Notes: generated by a model from the letters alone, not told the origin. A stretch of 62,186 nucleotides of DNA from a virus (IMGVR_UViG_3300049509_000001:1-62186); one strand, 5' to 3'; shown: positions 1 to 9,356, counted from the stretch's first letter. A program made the numbers and translations.

Positions 1-127
1 AAAAGCAACTCCGGCTTCTTCCAGTACTGCATGTCTGGATTCACCAATGTTTTCATCTGGTATTAGACTCCCCATTTCCTGCTCCCTTCTCAATTCTGAA
101 TGTCAGCACGTTGTCCACTGGCCCTTG
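1..127. repeat. 127-bp direct terminal repeat, copy 1 (circular assembly overlap)
   Basis: Bases 1-127 are identical to 62060-62186. The length equals a common maximal assembler k-mer, and ORFs read through the junction. Confidence 0.95.
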
Positions 128-280
128 ACGATTCTTTAGCCACTGGAGGAACGTTTCAAGGCGCCATTCGTACTCTGTCACCGATGAGATATCCGGCGCG
201 CGCTCGTCAATGAACTCTCGCATGTAGCCGCGTAGCTGGTCCAAGTCGATTGCAATTCTGGCTTTCGTTGCGGTGGTCAT
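53..280 (-). CDS. hypothetical protein
   Basis: 75 aa ORF overlapping its neighbours in a tight leftward operon. Confidence 0.6.
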   Translation of the reverse strand: MTTATKARIAIDLDQLRGYMREFIDERAPDISSVTEYEWRLETFLQWLKNRQGPVDNVLTFRIEKGAGNGESNTR

Positions 281-813
281 TGCGACTCCTTTTCCACATT
301 CACTGATTCGATCTCAATCGAAGTTAAGCTGACCTTCCAGTCAGGCTGCTCTATAGTTAGCAGTGTGTGTGTTTGCTCGTTGCTGAGATAAGGAGGATCA
401 TAATCGGGTTCACCGTCGTAACCACCTGAATAACCACCACTGCAATATGTTCCAGTCTTAACGTGACGCTTGCTCAGTACCGTCCAACCCGATGTGCCGC
501 GAAAGCGCTCGTTGGCCTTCGTGTAGATCTTTCGCTCCTTACCGCCGAATCCTTGCGTGCGAATCCAGTGCGAGGCAAGCGCATCTAAAAGGTCGGCGCA
601 TAGTCGAGGATCAGTGGTAGTAATATCGACTGGATTCCCTGTAATGCTGACGATAAAATCACTAACCTTTTGCGCGTGCTCTTTCTCAACGGCTTTTAGC
701 GCGTCTTCCTTCGTCAATGGATAGCCTACGCGGATAACAACCAGCGGCTCGACTACTCGCACTCGATCGCCAACGTGGTAAACAGTTCGCCTGGTTTGCG
801 TCGCGCTCATCAC
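277..813 (-). CDS. hypothetical protein
   Basis: 178 aa ORF, translationally coupled to the upstream gene (4-nt overlap). Confidence 0.7.
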   Translation of the reverse strand: MMSATQTRRTVYHVGDRVRVVEPLVVIRVGYPLTKEDALKAVEKEHAQKVSDFIVSITGNPVDITTTDPRLCADLLDALASHWIRTQGFGGKERKIYTKANERFRGTSGWTVLSKRHVKTGTYCSGGYSGGYDGEPDYDPPYLSNEQTHTLLTIEQPDWKVSLTSIEIESVNVEKESQ

Positions 814-3230
814 ACCGCCCCGCTAAACAGCGTTGTTTGTTCCATTGCCGCCTCGGCATTGCGCAGGTTGGCGACAGCTTGATCGTAGTATGACTTTTTC
901 AACTCATGGCCTAGGAACCTTCGTCCCATTTGCACCGCGCGATAACCTTCGCTCCCGATTCCGGCGAAGGGGGAATAGACCAGATCGCCAGGGTTAGACC
1001 ACAGCTGAATGCCGCGCTCGATCACTTGCAGTTGAAGTGGTGCTATATGCCTCTCGTCGGCATCTTCTCGGGCTGATTCACGTTGCAGCGTGTCGGACGG
1101 GTTGATGTCCATCCAGACAGGAGAGGCATAGCGTTGCCAGATATCGATGCTGGTTCGCGTGGCGCCTGATCCGGCTACTATCTGATCCGAGTATGCGTTT
1201 AGCGGCGACTTGACTGTGTCATCGCGGCGGACAATGAAGCCATCTCCGGCATAGCGGTCTAATGATCCAGCAACGCGCTCCGGGTTCTCACCCGGCTTGC
1301 GCATGGTGACAAGGTAGTCTGGTATCCCCTGTCGTGACATACAGGAGTCCTTGACTAGTTGCTTGTGCAGCAGGCCTAGCGCCTTTGTTCTCTGCATCGC
1401 AGTGACGGGATCTTTCCAGATCACGGCCTCACTATGGTAGATGAAGCCACCTGAGCGCAGCGACGCATCAACGAGCGCGGCATCAATCTCAGAAGTATCT
1501 CGCCCTAGTCGTTGCAGGATTCGTTTAGCTTCATGGAGTGTTGCTGCCTCACTTCCACAAAACATGCGAATTAAGTTACCGCGAAAATCAGTCTGCCCAA
1601 TTACCCCGTCGCGTTCCTTTGATGTTGGTAAGTTCATACAATGGAATGAGAGTAACCGCCCTGGCATTAACACGCGATACAGTTGCTCAACGAGGAATGA
1701 GAAGTGGTCGTAGAATTCTGCGTGAGTGCGAGCGTTGCCCATGTCGCGCTCGCTGGCTGAATAGGTATAGAGCGAGGCGAAAGGTGGCGAGAAAATAGAG
1801 TAGTGGATGCTATCACTAGCAACTTCTTTGATTCCCTCAACACAATCCCCCAGCCGCATCTCCCATCGCTCACCTTTAGTAATCGCGGTCCTGTAAGTAT
1901 CGGCGGTCCTTACCGTCCCGGTATGCACCGCCTCGGTATTGTAAACACTCATATGCTTTACCATTTCCTTAGCCATCTTCGCGGCATCAGCTTCCTTGCG
2001 TTGAATGTTGCGCACTACAGCGCCCTCGGCTTCTGACGTGATAACGTGGCAGTTCACTTCGCGGGTTTGACCGAAGCGCCAGCAGCGCCGCACGCCTTGA
2101 TAGAGAGCCTCAAAGCTGTCAGAAATCCCGAGGAACGCGACATTAAAACACTGTTGAAGGTTCAAGCCCCAGCCAAAAATTGATACCTTGCTGATAAGAA
2201 TTCGCTTCTCACCGCGCAACCATTGGCCCAGGCGTGACTCCTTCTCAGTATCCGATAGTGAGCCATAAATCGACACGCATTCATTGCCACAGAGCTTAGC
2301 AAGCGTGTCCTGCTCGACATTCAACCCACACCACACAACCCACTGAGAATCGTCAGCTTTGATTAACCCGCTCAGCAGTTGCACTCGTTCTGCGATACTA
2401 TCGCGCCGTGCGCCACGTCGCTCGATTAGTGTCTGTGCTTCCACCGGAAACAGGAACCCGTCAAGGTTTTTCTCCGCTCTAACAACGTGATGGTGGTAGT
2501 TGAGTGTCGGCAGAATAAAACCATCGTCATCGTACCCGAGATCGGAAGGCCGCCGCATCATAACGGCCCATTGGCACATCCACTTCCAGTACTCCTCTTG
2601 CGCGTGGCCCTTTAATCTCCACTTGGACGTGTCGCCGCCATCATGGACGAAGAATGTGCTCAGCATCTCGGTTCGTGTTAGTACCCCTAAGAATTCACTA
2701 TGGTTTCCTAACTCCATCCTGTCGTTTGGCGCAGGAGTCGCAGAGCAGCACAGCTTCATTGGCGTGCGCGCGAATGCCTCAATTAGCAGGTTGCGTGTAA
2801 CGGCAGTAAATGATTTCAGACAGCTCGATTCATCCAATACCACGCCGGGAAACACGGATGGATCGAAGTGATGCAGCTTCTCATAATTCGTGATGTAGAT
2901 TCCTGGGCCATCAACTTCTGCTTGTGACACAACCACGCGGCAGAGGATGCCGAACTTCTCACCCTCACGAGCCGTTTGATGCGAGACTGATAGTGGCGCG
3001 AGAATTAGTACAGGCGCATTGAAGTGTTGGACCACATGCTCAGCCCAGGACAACTCCATCAAACTTTTACCTAACCCGCAATCGGCCCAAATTGCTGCCT
3101 TGCCGATACGCAAGGACCAGCGGACTAGATCGCGCTGAAAGGGAAACAGATGCGGGTTAGTAGGCTCAACTTCAAACCCACTCGGCGCAACTGTAATGCG
3201 CTTGGAATTTAGAAATTCAGCGTAATCCAC
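810..3230 (-). CDS. SNF2-like helicase / N4-N6 DNA methyltransferase fusion
   Basis: N-half has SF2 motifs (DCGLGKS, VVLDESS, SATP, GWGLNLQ, QGVRRCWRFGQ). C-half has the catalytic motif SPPF before the SAM-binding PFAGIGS (beta-class amino-MTase). Confidence 0.9.
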   Translation of the reverse strand: MDYAEFLNSKRITVAPSGFEVEPTNPHLFPFQRDLVRWSLRIGKAAIWADCGLGKSLMELSWAEHVVQHFNAPVLILAPLSVSHQTAREGEKFGILCRVVVSQAEVDGPGIYITNYEKLHHFDPSVFPGVVLDESSCLKSFTAVTRNLLIEAFARTPMKLCCSATPAPNDRMELGNHSEFLGVLTRTEMLSTFFVHDGGDTSKWRLKGHAQEEYWKWMCQWAVMMRRPSDLGYDDDGFILPTLNYHHHVVRAEKNLDGFLFPVEAQTLIERRGARRDSIAERVQLLSGLIKADDSQWVVWCGLNVEQDTLAKLCGNECVSIYGSLSDTEKESRLGQWLRGEKRILISKVSIFGWGLNLQQCFNVAFLGISDSFEALYQGVRRCWRFGQTREVNCHVITSEAEGAVVRNIQRKEADAAKMAKEMVKHMSVYNTEAVHTGTVRTADTYRTAITKGERWEMRLGDCVEGIKEVASDSIHYSIFSPPFASLYTYSASERDMGNARTHAEFYDHFSFLVEQLYRVLMPGRLLSFHCMNLPTSKERDGVIGQTDFRGNLIRMFCGSEAATLHEAKRILQRLGRDTSEIDAALVDASLRSGGFIYHSEAVIWKDPVTAMQRTKALGLLHKQLVKDSCMSRQGIPDYLVTMRKPGENPERVAGSLDRYAGDGFIVRRDDTVKSPLNAYSDQIVAGSGATRTSIDIWQRYASPVWMDINPSDTLQRESAREDADERHIAPLQLQVIERGIQLWSNPGDLVYSPFAGIGSEGYRAVQMGRRFLGHELKKSYYDQAVANLRNAEAAMEQTTLFSGAV

Positions 3231-3393
3231 AAGTTTTCCTTATCACCTGAAGGGCTATCCATGCTCCGCTTAAAGTCCATGAGTAGGCTAGAAACGTTTT
3301 GCCGCTATAAATAGCAAACGACAATGGCCGTGAGCCGTCATGGCAGGGATAACGCTGCGTGACAATGTAGAGTCGTTTGCGGCGTCTTACCAT
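3217..3393 (-). CDS. small hypothetical protein (58 aa, not in ORF track)
   Basis: MVRRRKRLYIVTQRYP...RKTCGLR fills the gap and overlaps both neighbours. Confidence 0.4.
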   Translation of the reverse strand: MVRRRKRLYIVTQRYPCHDGSRPLSFAIYSGKTFLAYSWTLSGAWIALQVIRKTCGLR

Positions 3394-4526
3394 CGTAAGT
3401 TAATTGTGTTAACTAAATACTCGTATTCAAACTCTTTCGCTGCCACAGGTGACAGCCGGATCACATGCGAGCCTTCCGTCATCTCCACTCGTGTTCTCTC
3501 GCCTGCTACGTCAAGATTCAGGTAGTCAATCACCTGTGAGCCATTCATGCCGAGTGTGACGGAGTTGCCGTTGAGGGATGGGCATGCGATCGGCAGTGAC
3601 TCTTCTGACTTACCCTGATCCCCATCACGCGATTCGATTTGCAGTTCACCTGCGCTCACCAGCCACTTTAATCCGTCGATCACAAACGATGGTTTATCGT
3701 CACTGGTTACAAGCGCACGCTTCAACGAGTCCGCTAAGACGCTTGTTTGAACCTCAGCAGCATGGTCGTACTTAACAGGAAACAGCGATACCCAATCCAG
3801 CGGCTTGTCTACCAGCAACCGCATGGTTAGTAACCTTCCGGCTGAGCGAACCATCATCAGATTACCGTTTGCCGACACACCGATCTCCACCTCGCCAGTG
3901 CTAAGCTTGCGCAACGCAGGGATGACTTGCTGTGGAGTGATGACCGCGAAGTCACTGCCCGCCAGCGGCGTGCGTGCAATTGCCAGTCGTAACTTGTTCG
4001 TCGCGGCGATAGTGAGTTGACCGTCAGTTAACGTCCAGTGCAGGCCGGTGAACTTCTGATCGCTCGTACGCACGTCGCCAGTTGCGGCAAATACGGCAAA
4101 CGCAGTGTGGTTGAGCATAGCGCTTAACAGCTCGCCCTTGATTGTTACTGTTTCAGCGTCCACCGCATCCGGCTCAGGAAAATCACCGGCATTGTAACGA
4201 GGCAGCAAGTGCTTAGATCGCCCACATTGCATTTTGACGCGTCCGGTATCCGTTTGCTCAAACGTTACCTCGTCTTTCTCGAACAGCGTGACGAGTTGGG
4301 CCAGCGGCTTGATTGGCACACACCACGACTCGGGCTCGTTGACTAATCCTGGCAACGGAATCTCAGTTGTCAGCGTCACGTCGATCGACGAGGCGGTGAG
4401 GCGTAACCTGTCGCGTACCTCAAACCGTACGGTGTCTAGAATTGGCATGGTGACGTACTTGCTGATGACGCTTTGCAGCAGGGCCAGCTCAGTTGCGAGA
4501 AGCTTGCGGTTAACGGTGAAGGTCAT
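3387..4526 (-). CDS. dnaN: DNA polymerase III beta subunit (sliding clamp)
   Basis: 379 aa with the typical N-terminus (FTVNRKLL...MPILDTV, LTASSIDVTL), DFPE, AATNKLRLA and the C-terminal GMNGSQVIDYL / YLVNTINL pattern. Confidence 0.85.
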   Translation of the reverse strand: MTFTVNRKLLATELALLQSVISKYVTMPILDTVRFEVRDRLRLTASSIDVTLTTEIPLPGLVNEPESWCVPIKPLAQLVTLFEKDEVTFEQTDTGRVKMQCGRSKHLLPRYNAGDFPEPDAVDAETVTIKGELLSAMLNHTAFAVFAATGDVRTSDQKFTGLHWTLTDGQLTIAATNKLRLAIARTPLAGSDFAVITPQQVIPALRKLSTGEVEIGVSANGNLMMVRSAGRLLTMRLLVDKPLDWVSLFPVKYDHAAEVQTSVLADSLKRALVTSDDKPSFVIDGLKWLVSAGELQIESRDGDQGKSEESLPIACPSLNGNSVTLGMNGSQVIDYLNLDVAGERTRVEMTEGSHVIRLSPVAAKEFEYEYLVNTINLRW

Positions 4527-4822
4527 TTGTCGGACTCAGCTTTCAACTCGGCAATCTGCTCGTTCAGTTCCTCGATCTTGGTTTCCAGCTTCTCGATCTG
4601 ATGGTCACGGCTGTCAAGCTTGTTTTGCAAATCACCAATCTCGTAAGTCAATGTGTTAATTTCATTTTCCAGTGCTTCTATCTGTCCGTTCTTAACCTCA
4701 ACTTCACTGAGGGCGCTGACGAGATACGCAACCTTCTCTGCCTCCGTCCGCACGCCTAGATGCCGCGGCCAGTGGTTGAGGCGGGCGTTGGTTGCGAGTT
4801 CGTTTAGTTGATTTGCGTCCAT
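4523..4822 (-). CDS. coiled-coil hypothetical protein
   Basis: Heptad-rich C-half (IEALENEINTLTYEIGDLQNKL). Confidence 0.65.
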   Translation of the reverse strand: MDANQLNELATNARLNHWPRHLGVRTEAEKVAYLVSALSEVEVKNGQIEALENEINTLTYEIGDLQNKLDSRDHQIEKLETKIEELNEQIAELKAESDK

Positions 4823-4946
4823 TGTGTGCTCATCCCTTCCTGATTTATCTCGAACGATCCTTTGGATGATATTTAAACCCGCGCACTCGCGTCGTGACTT
4901 AAATCAGCGGCGCTAGCAGCCGACTTTGACCCAGATCGTTCAAGCT

Positions 4947-5243
4947 CTATTTACCCGCCAGTGCCTTAAACAAGTCATAACAGTCTTTCCCGTGCGCCGG
5001 ATCGTCGGGATGATGCGCGCAGTAGCAACCGTCGCCGCTAGGAGTTTGTAGCAGCAACCCTACCTCACGCATCGCCGCGTCCCAGCCGTGCATGAACGCC
5101 GTGCGGCAGGTCTCTACGTAGCCGGACTTGCTCGCTGCTCCCTCTCGCGCCTGTTGGTTAAGTTGGTCGTTAGCTATCATTACGCCCATCGCCCTCATCC
5201 CTTCGCTTGTCGTAACAACTCTTACACTGTCCATTAGGTCCAA
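4947..5243 (-). CDS. hypothetical protein with CxC-x5-DPAH motif
   Basis: ORF in operon, Cys/His cluster near the C-terminus. Confidence 0.55.
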   Translation of the reverse strand: MDLMDSVRVVTTSEGMRAMGVMIANDQLNQQAREGAASKSGYVETCRTAFMHGWDAAMREVGLLLQTPSGDGCYCAHHPDDPAHGKDCYDLFKALAGK

Positions 5244-5544
5244 TCCACTCGACGCGTATCCATTGTTGCGTGTTGATGCGCGTGCGGATCGGCTGCATCC
5301 ATTATTACCCGCCCCTTCCTACGTCGAATATTTACTTACCAAGTCGCGCAGCCATTGAAGCTGAGGCTCACTACAGCCCCAGCGCTCAATCTTATCCGGC
5401 ATCTCCTCGATGAAGCCCAACTCCTTCGCGTTCATTCGCTCGGTGCAATCTTCCAGCAGAGCAAGGCACTTGCGAGCGCTGCGACTACGTTCGTCATCGC
5501 TTAGTACGTTATCGCGTTGGTTGGTAGGCCATTGAGATTTACCT

Positions 5545-5775
5545 CTAGTCCTGAAAGTGGCAGCACTCGTCGGTTGTTTTTGCCTTATGGCTGAGTAGCA
5601 GCTTATCCAACTTGGCCTGTAACTTAGCTTCTTCCTTCTCGCCACCTTTCAGCAAGCGTCGCAACCGTTCAATCTCGTTTCGCGTTTGCGAATTACCGGT
5701 ACGCACTTCTTCGATTTGGACCATTAATAACTTAACCGGACTGGTTATGGTTACGATTGTCGCCATCCCCTTCAT
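5545..5775 (-). CDS. hypothetical coiled-coil protein
   Basis: ORF with 4-nt overlap to the upstream gene. Confidence 0.55.
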   Translation of the reverse strand: MKGMATIVTITSPVKLLMVQIEEVRTGNSQTRNEIERLRRLLKGGEKEEAKLQAKLDKLLLSHKAKTTDECCHFQD

Positions 5776-6002
5776 CCTTCCCTTGTCAGTTGGGCCATTG
5801 CCGTAATGTAATCGTCACACGCCGCTGCTAACTGCTGGGTAAACCCGCGGCCACGATGAAAAGCTACCAATACGGCTTCAATCACCTTCGCCTGCCGGTC
5901 CACCTGTGCGGCGAGGGTTGCGTTCAGTGTCTCAAGCTGGTGGATTCGCCTGATCGCAACGTCATATAGGTCCATGTTGTCTATTGTTCTCGCTGCCATC
6001 AT
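5772..6002 (-). CDS. hypothetical protein
   Basis: ORF coupled to rusA by overlap. Confidence 0.55.
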   Translation of the reverse strand: MMAARTIDNMDLYDVAIRRIHQLETLNATLAAQVDRQAKVIEAVLVAFHRGRGFTQQLAAACDDYITAMAQLTREG

Positions 6003-6592
6003 CGATCCTCCCCGACGTCAATCGTCTCATCCAACTCCGGCATCACCTGGTCCGGCTCACTCACCGCCCACGCCCAAACCCAGCTCCGTTCACCAATGCC
6101 ATCGTCGTACCTGCGCCGCAGATGCAAGTCAGTCACACGCGCGTCATTTGTCCACCAGCGAGCTATCTGACCCGCGTCCAGTATCGCGCGTGCCACCTTG
6201 TCAATGTCGCGGCCTGCGGCTGGCAGCTTTGGCGCGTTGGGCTTGAGTGTTCCATCTGTCCGGTAATGCGCGCGTGGCCTTGGCACGTAGAGTTTGATAT
6301 TCACTGCCACAGGTCCATCAAGCGGATTAGCAGGCTTGTGTCGTACCATCGCGTCAACCAGCTCCTGCCGCCAGCTTTTAAGCGCGCGATCATTGTCGTC
6401 AACTATCACAACCCTTTTCAGATGCGGGTGCACAAACCCGCGCTTGCTGCCCTGCGCCTGCGCCGGCCCCCACACGCAAGCGCTGCCAAGCCATGCGGCA
6501 GGTTGTGGCAGCGGCTTAATCAACCTGACAGGCTGCTCATCTTCCCAGTCGTCTCGCACTAACGCGTACTTGTCGTCGAATAGTCCGGTCAT
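5999..6592 (-). CDS. rusA: RusA-family Holliday junction resolvase
   Basis: AQGSKR, DIDKVARAILDA and WTNDARV acidic catalytic motifs. Confidence 0.85.
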   Translation of the reverse strand: MTGLFDDKYALVRDDWEDEQPVRLIKPLPQPAAWLGSACVWGPAQAQGSKRGFVHPHLKRVVIVDDNDRALKSWRQELVDAMVRHKPANPLDGPVAVNIKLYVPRPRAHYRTDGTLKPNAPKLPAAGRDIDKVARAILDAGQIARWWTNDARVTDLHLRRRYDDGIGERSWVWAWAVSEPDQVMPELDETIDVGEDR

Positions 6593-7086
6593 CCAACCTC
6601 CAGTAACTGCGCTTCTACTCGTGCGCGCTCCATTGTTACACAGGCCCCATCAGCGCAATGTTTGTAGTAAGCGGCCAAGACACGCAGCGTCACGCGCTCA
6701 GCCCACTGGCGATTCTCGGCCCAGTAAACAGGTATCCGGTACTTGGTAGACCAGCTGATATACGAACCCATTGCCGTGGCCGCGTTGACACGTTTGATTT
6801 GCGGCGGCGGCACAACAAACTCAGCCATGCTGCATTCGATCACTATCGCGGCTCTATCCAGTAGTGCCATGCGTTCCAAGCAGCGCTCAAACCGTTTACG
6901 CTCAGCAGTCAACATGGCCCATGCGTCGCCGTGACTTTTTCGTTCAACTGCCAGTACGTCAGTCAGTCCCTCAAGGCTATAGTCGCCTGTTTGCAGCGTC
7001 GTTCTATAGCTCTCGTAGCCATCAAACATAAAACGGGACTGCTCCCTCGTGTCTATCGCGATTCTTGGCAGGACTAGCTCTTTCAT
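6589..7086 (-). CDS. ERCC4/XPF-family nuclease
   Basis: IDTREQ and TGDYS...VERKS signature of ERCC4 domains. Confidence 0.85.
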   Translation of the reverse strand: MKELVLPRIAIDTREQSRFMFDGYESYRTTLQTGDYSLEGLTDVLAVERKSHGDAWAMLTAERKRFERCLERMALLDRAAIVIECSMAEFVVPPPQIKRVNAATAMGSYISWSTKYRIPVYWAENRQWAERVTLRVLAAYYKHCADGACVTMERARVEAQLLEVG

Positions 7087-7089
7087 CGG

Positions 7090-7881
7090 CTAAAACGGTG
7101 CGGACTTTGCGGCAGTCCAGCACGGCTCCCTCATCGCGCAGTAATCACAGGCCAGTTTGGCTCCGTACTTCATTGACTCTCCTGCTAGTGGCAGTTCCTG
7201 CCAGCACTCGGCAGTAGTGCCACAGTCCAGCGACCAAGCTGCCTGACCAATCAACTCAGCAACCGAGTAATCTCCGCCCAGCGGATGAAACCCCAGTACG
7301 CGATCAAGCGGCCACAGCAACTCAGTAAACGACAGCATTGTTTTATGCGTCCTGTACCATGCGATACCATGCAGCGGGCGCCAGCCTAGCGACTGCTCGA
7401 CAAGCTCGGCGTACAGCGACATTTGCGCCAAGTGCTCAGGCTTCATACCGCCGCCTTCATCTTTTGGCTTGCTCAGCCACTTCTCAGTCCACTCGCTTGT
7501 TACCTTCCAATCGCTGATGGCGGTGGGTGGATGCAGTCGATCCACCCTGCCAACCAGCATCGTGCCCCCCACGATGCCGGATACGTCAACCTCGCAAAGC
7601 TCCGGCTTGTTGGACGCCGCCCGCATCTGAGCATGCCAGGCCGTGCCGCCGAGTATTGAGTTATACGCCAACGGATCTACATGCACGTTAGCTATCGCCT
7701 GAATTGCCGCTTTGCGCGGACAACCAAGCACGTCGGTCACATGGATACCGTCGCTACGGTCCCGTTTACTATCGGCGACTACGGCTGCGGCGAAGTCAGG
7801 GTGGACCGCGCCGCATGAGTCGTAGTGATCCAGCGGCACGTTGGCCCTGCATTTCTGGCAGTAGAATGCGACGATAGGCAT
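7090..7881 (-). CDS. PD-(D/E)XK Cas4/RecB-like exonuclease with Fe-S cysteines
   Basis: CPRK, GTAWH, GRVD, DWK, QMSLY and C-terminal CDYC...C. Confidence 0.8.
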   Translation of the reverse strand: MPIVAFYCQKCRANVPLDHYDSCGAVHPDFAAAVVADSKRDRSDGIHVTDVLGCPRKAAIQAIANVHVDPLAYNSILGGTAWHAQMRAASNKPELCEVDVSGIVGGTMLVGRVDRLHPPTAISDWKVTSEWTEKWLSKPKDEGGGMKPEHLAQMSLYAELVEQSLGWRPLHGIAWYRTHKTMLSFTELLWPLDRVLGFHPLGGDYSVAELIGQAAWSLDCGTTAECWQELPLAGESMKYGAKLACDYCAMREPCWTAAKSAPF

Positions 7882-7883
7882 GA

Positions 7884-8327
7884 CTAAAAGGGCACATCCC
7901 CGCTGTTACTGCCGTTGTTGTTCAGTGCCGCATCTTTTGGCAGAAAGTTAATCAACCTGATGTACTTTTTACCGTCCTTGGTTTGGTAATCAGTCTTAAC
8001 CCGGAAAGTAGAGCCCGGCGTGATTTCCGCCAGCGTGGTCCCATAGTGCTCCCTAAGCACCGTATCGTTGTTATGAGCCAACAGCGCGCCACGTTTACGT
8101 GACTGGTCCCACGATGCCTTGTTAGCCGTTACTTCTTCCTCGGTCGGCGGCGGGCTCATTCGCTGTTTGAGGTTGAAATTGTTGGCCGTGGTCAAGCGTC
8201 CTTCAATTTCGTAGTACTCTTGCCCGTCAGGCCAATAGCCCTCGGTAACACTGTCAACCAGAAAATCATGGTTGCCGATGCGGTTATCCACACTGGCTTC
8301 TTTGTCTAAGTCGTCCCAAATACTCAT
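7884..8327 (-). CDS. putative single-stranded DNA-binding protein
   Basis: Lies in the recombination module and ends in a flexible tail with SSB-like GDVPF. Confidence 0.55.
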   Translation of the reverse strand: MSIWDDLDKEASVDNRIGNHDFLVDSVTEGYWPDGQEYYEIEGRLTTANNFNLKQRMSPPPTEEEVTANKASWDQSRKRGALLAHNNDTVLREHYGTTLAEITPGSTFRVKTDYQTKDGKKYIRLINFLPKDAALNNNGSNSGDVPF

Positions 8328-9214
8328 TGCTTCATCGCTCCTTTGGTTGTTTTGGTTATTAGGTTTGCGAAATCTGCCAGATTAAAGCCATCAATACGAT
8401 CAGGCACCTTCACTCCACCATCCCAATCGTCCCGTACCTTGGCGTAGTTCTCGTTATTACCCGGCGGATTGCGAAAGGTTGCCGCTACGCTGTCTCGAAG
8501 CTCTCCGGTTGCTTCGTCCTTGATCCGGCAGGGTGTCAGTCGAAAGATGAAGTCAAACGCTCCCTTGACCGCTGTCAGCGCGCCCTTGCCGGGTGTTTCC
8601 GGTATCCACGGCACGCCTTTGACGTACTGGCTGATTGACGTTTGGTCCTCCCAAAACGTCCAGTACATGTTGCTGCCGAGCTTGATAAATGCGTCAAGCA
8701 ACTGCTCGCATTCATAGCCCGTCCGCCACCACATCTGCTGGCTATTTAGGCTTTGATCGCCGTTGATGTATGAGGCGTACTTGCGATAAGCGGGATCAAG
8801 GGCTTGTTTAGCCTTGCCTTCAATTACCCCCTCCAGCGCCTTTTGTGCCCCGGCAAAGATCTCGTGGTTGATCCAGTTTAGCGCTCGTGAGCCTCCGTCA
8901 ACACAAACCCATTTACCATGGTTGGTGAAGCCGTTATCCTGCACCCACATGTACGCCTCACGTAACGCCTGCCTATCACCGGCGCGGAAGACGTAACGCT
9001 CATCGATCCGGCTGGAGATCGTTCCCAGACCATGCTCGCAGCTGATAATCGCCACGTTTTCTACGCCGAATGTCTCGATTAGATGGCCGATTTGCAGCGT
9101 CTTGCGTCCGCATTGGGCTGCATAAGCAGCACACTTTAGCGTCTCGGCAAACGGCTTGACTTGCAATTGCAAATCATCTGCGGCTACGCCTGCTTCCTGT
9201 ATTGTTGCTGCCAT
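8324..9214 (-). CDS. Sak4-like AAA ATPase (ssDNA annealing/recombination)
   Basis: Degenerate P-loop AAQCGRKT, ISCEHG, Walker B VCVDG, FDFIFRL, YAKVR. Adjacent to the SSB and exonuclease genes. Start moved to ATG 9214. Confidence 0.6.
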   Translation of the reverse strand: MAATIQEAGVAADDLQLQVKPFAETLKCAAYAAQCGRKTLQIGHLIETFGVENVAIISCEHGLGTISSRIDERYVFRAGDRQALREAYMWVQDNGFTNHGKWVCVDGGSRALNWINHEIFAGAQKALEGVIEGKAKQALDPAYRKYASYINGDQSLNSQQMWWRTGYECEQLLDAFIKLGSNMYWTFWEDQTSISQYVKGVPWIPETPGKGALTAVKGAFDFIFRLTPCRIKDEATGELRDSVAATFRNPPGNNENYAKVRDDWDGGVKVPDRIDGFNLADFANLITKTTKGAMKQ

Positions 9215-9254
9215 GTTTACCCTTCGTCTTACCAATGAATTCGAAACGACAGGC

Positions 9255-9356
9255 AGTATACAGAGCGTCTACAAAATTGCAAGGATTATTTTCAACTTAA
9301 TCAACGTCAATTTGACCGTATACATGGCGTAGACAACTGTGATAACCTGCGCCGCA
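9255..9356. promoter_or_regulatory. divergent promoter pair
   Basis: Minus strand TTGCAA-16-TATACT (9282-9255). Plus strand TG-a-TAACCT (9343-9348), 8 nt before ATG 9357. GTAGAC occurs in both. Confidence 0.55.

Noticed and set aside
1-127. Terminal repeat as a biological direct terminal repeat or att site
   Set aside because: It is exactly 127 bp and cuts through coding sequence, as expected for k-mer overlap from circular assembly
3295-3385. Possible multi-stem ncRNA between dnaN and the MTase (GCAAACGAC/GTCGTTTGC stem)
   Set aside because: A 58-aa ORF overlapping both neighbours explains the gap, and I recognise no RNA family
7090-7881. Cas4-like gene as evidence of a CRISPR system
   Set aside because: No repeat-spacer array or other cas genes; the context is a phage recombination operon
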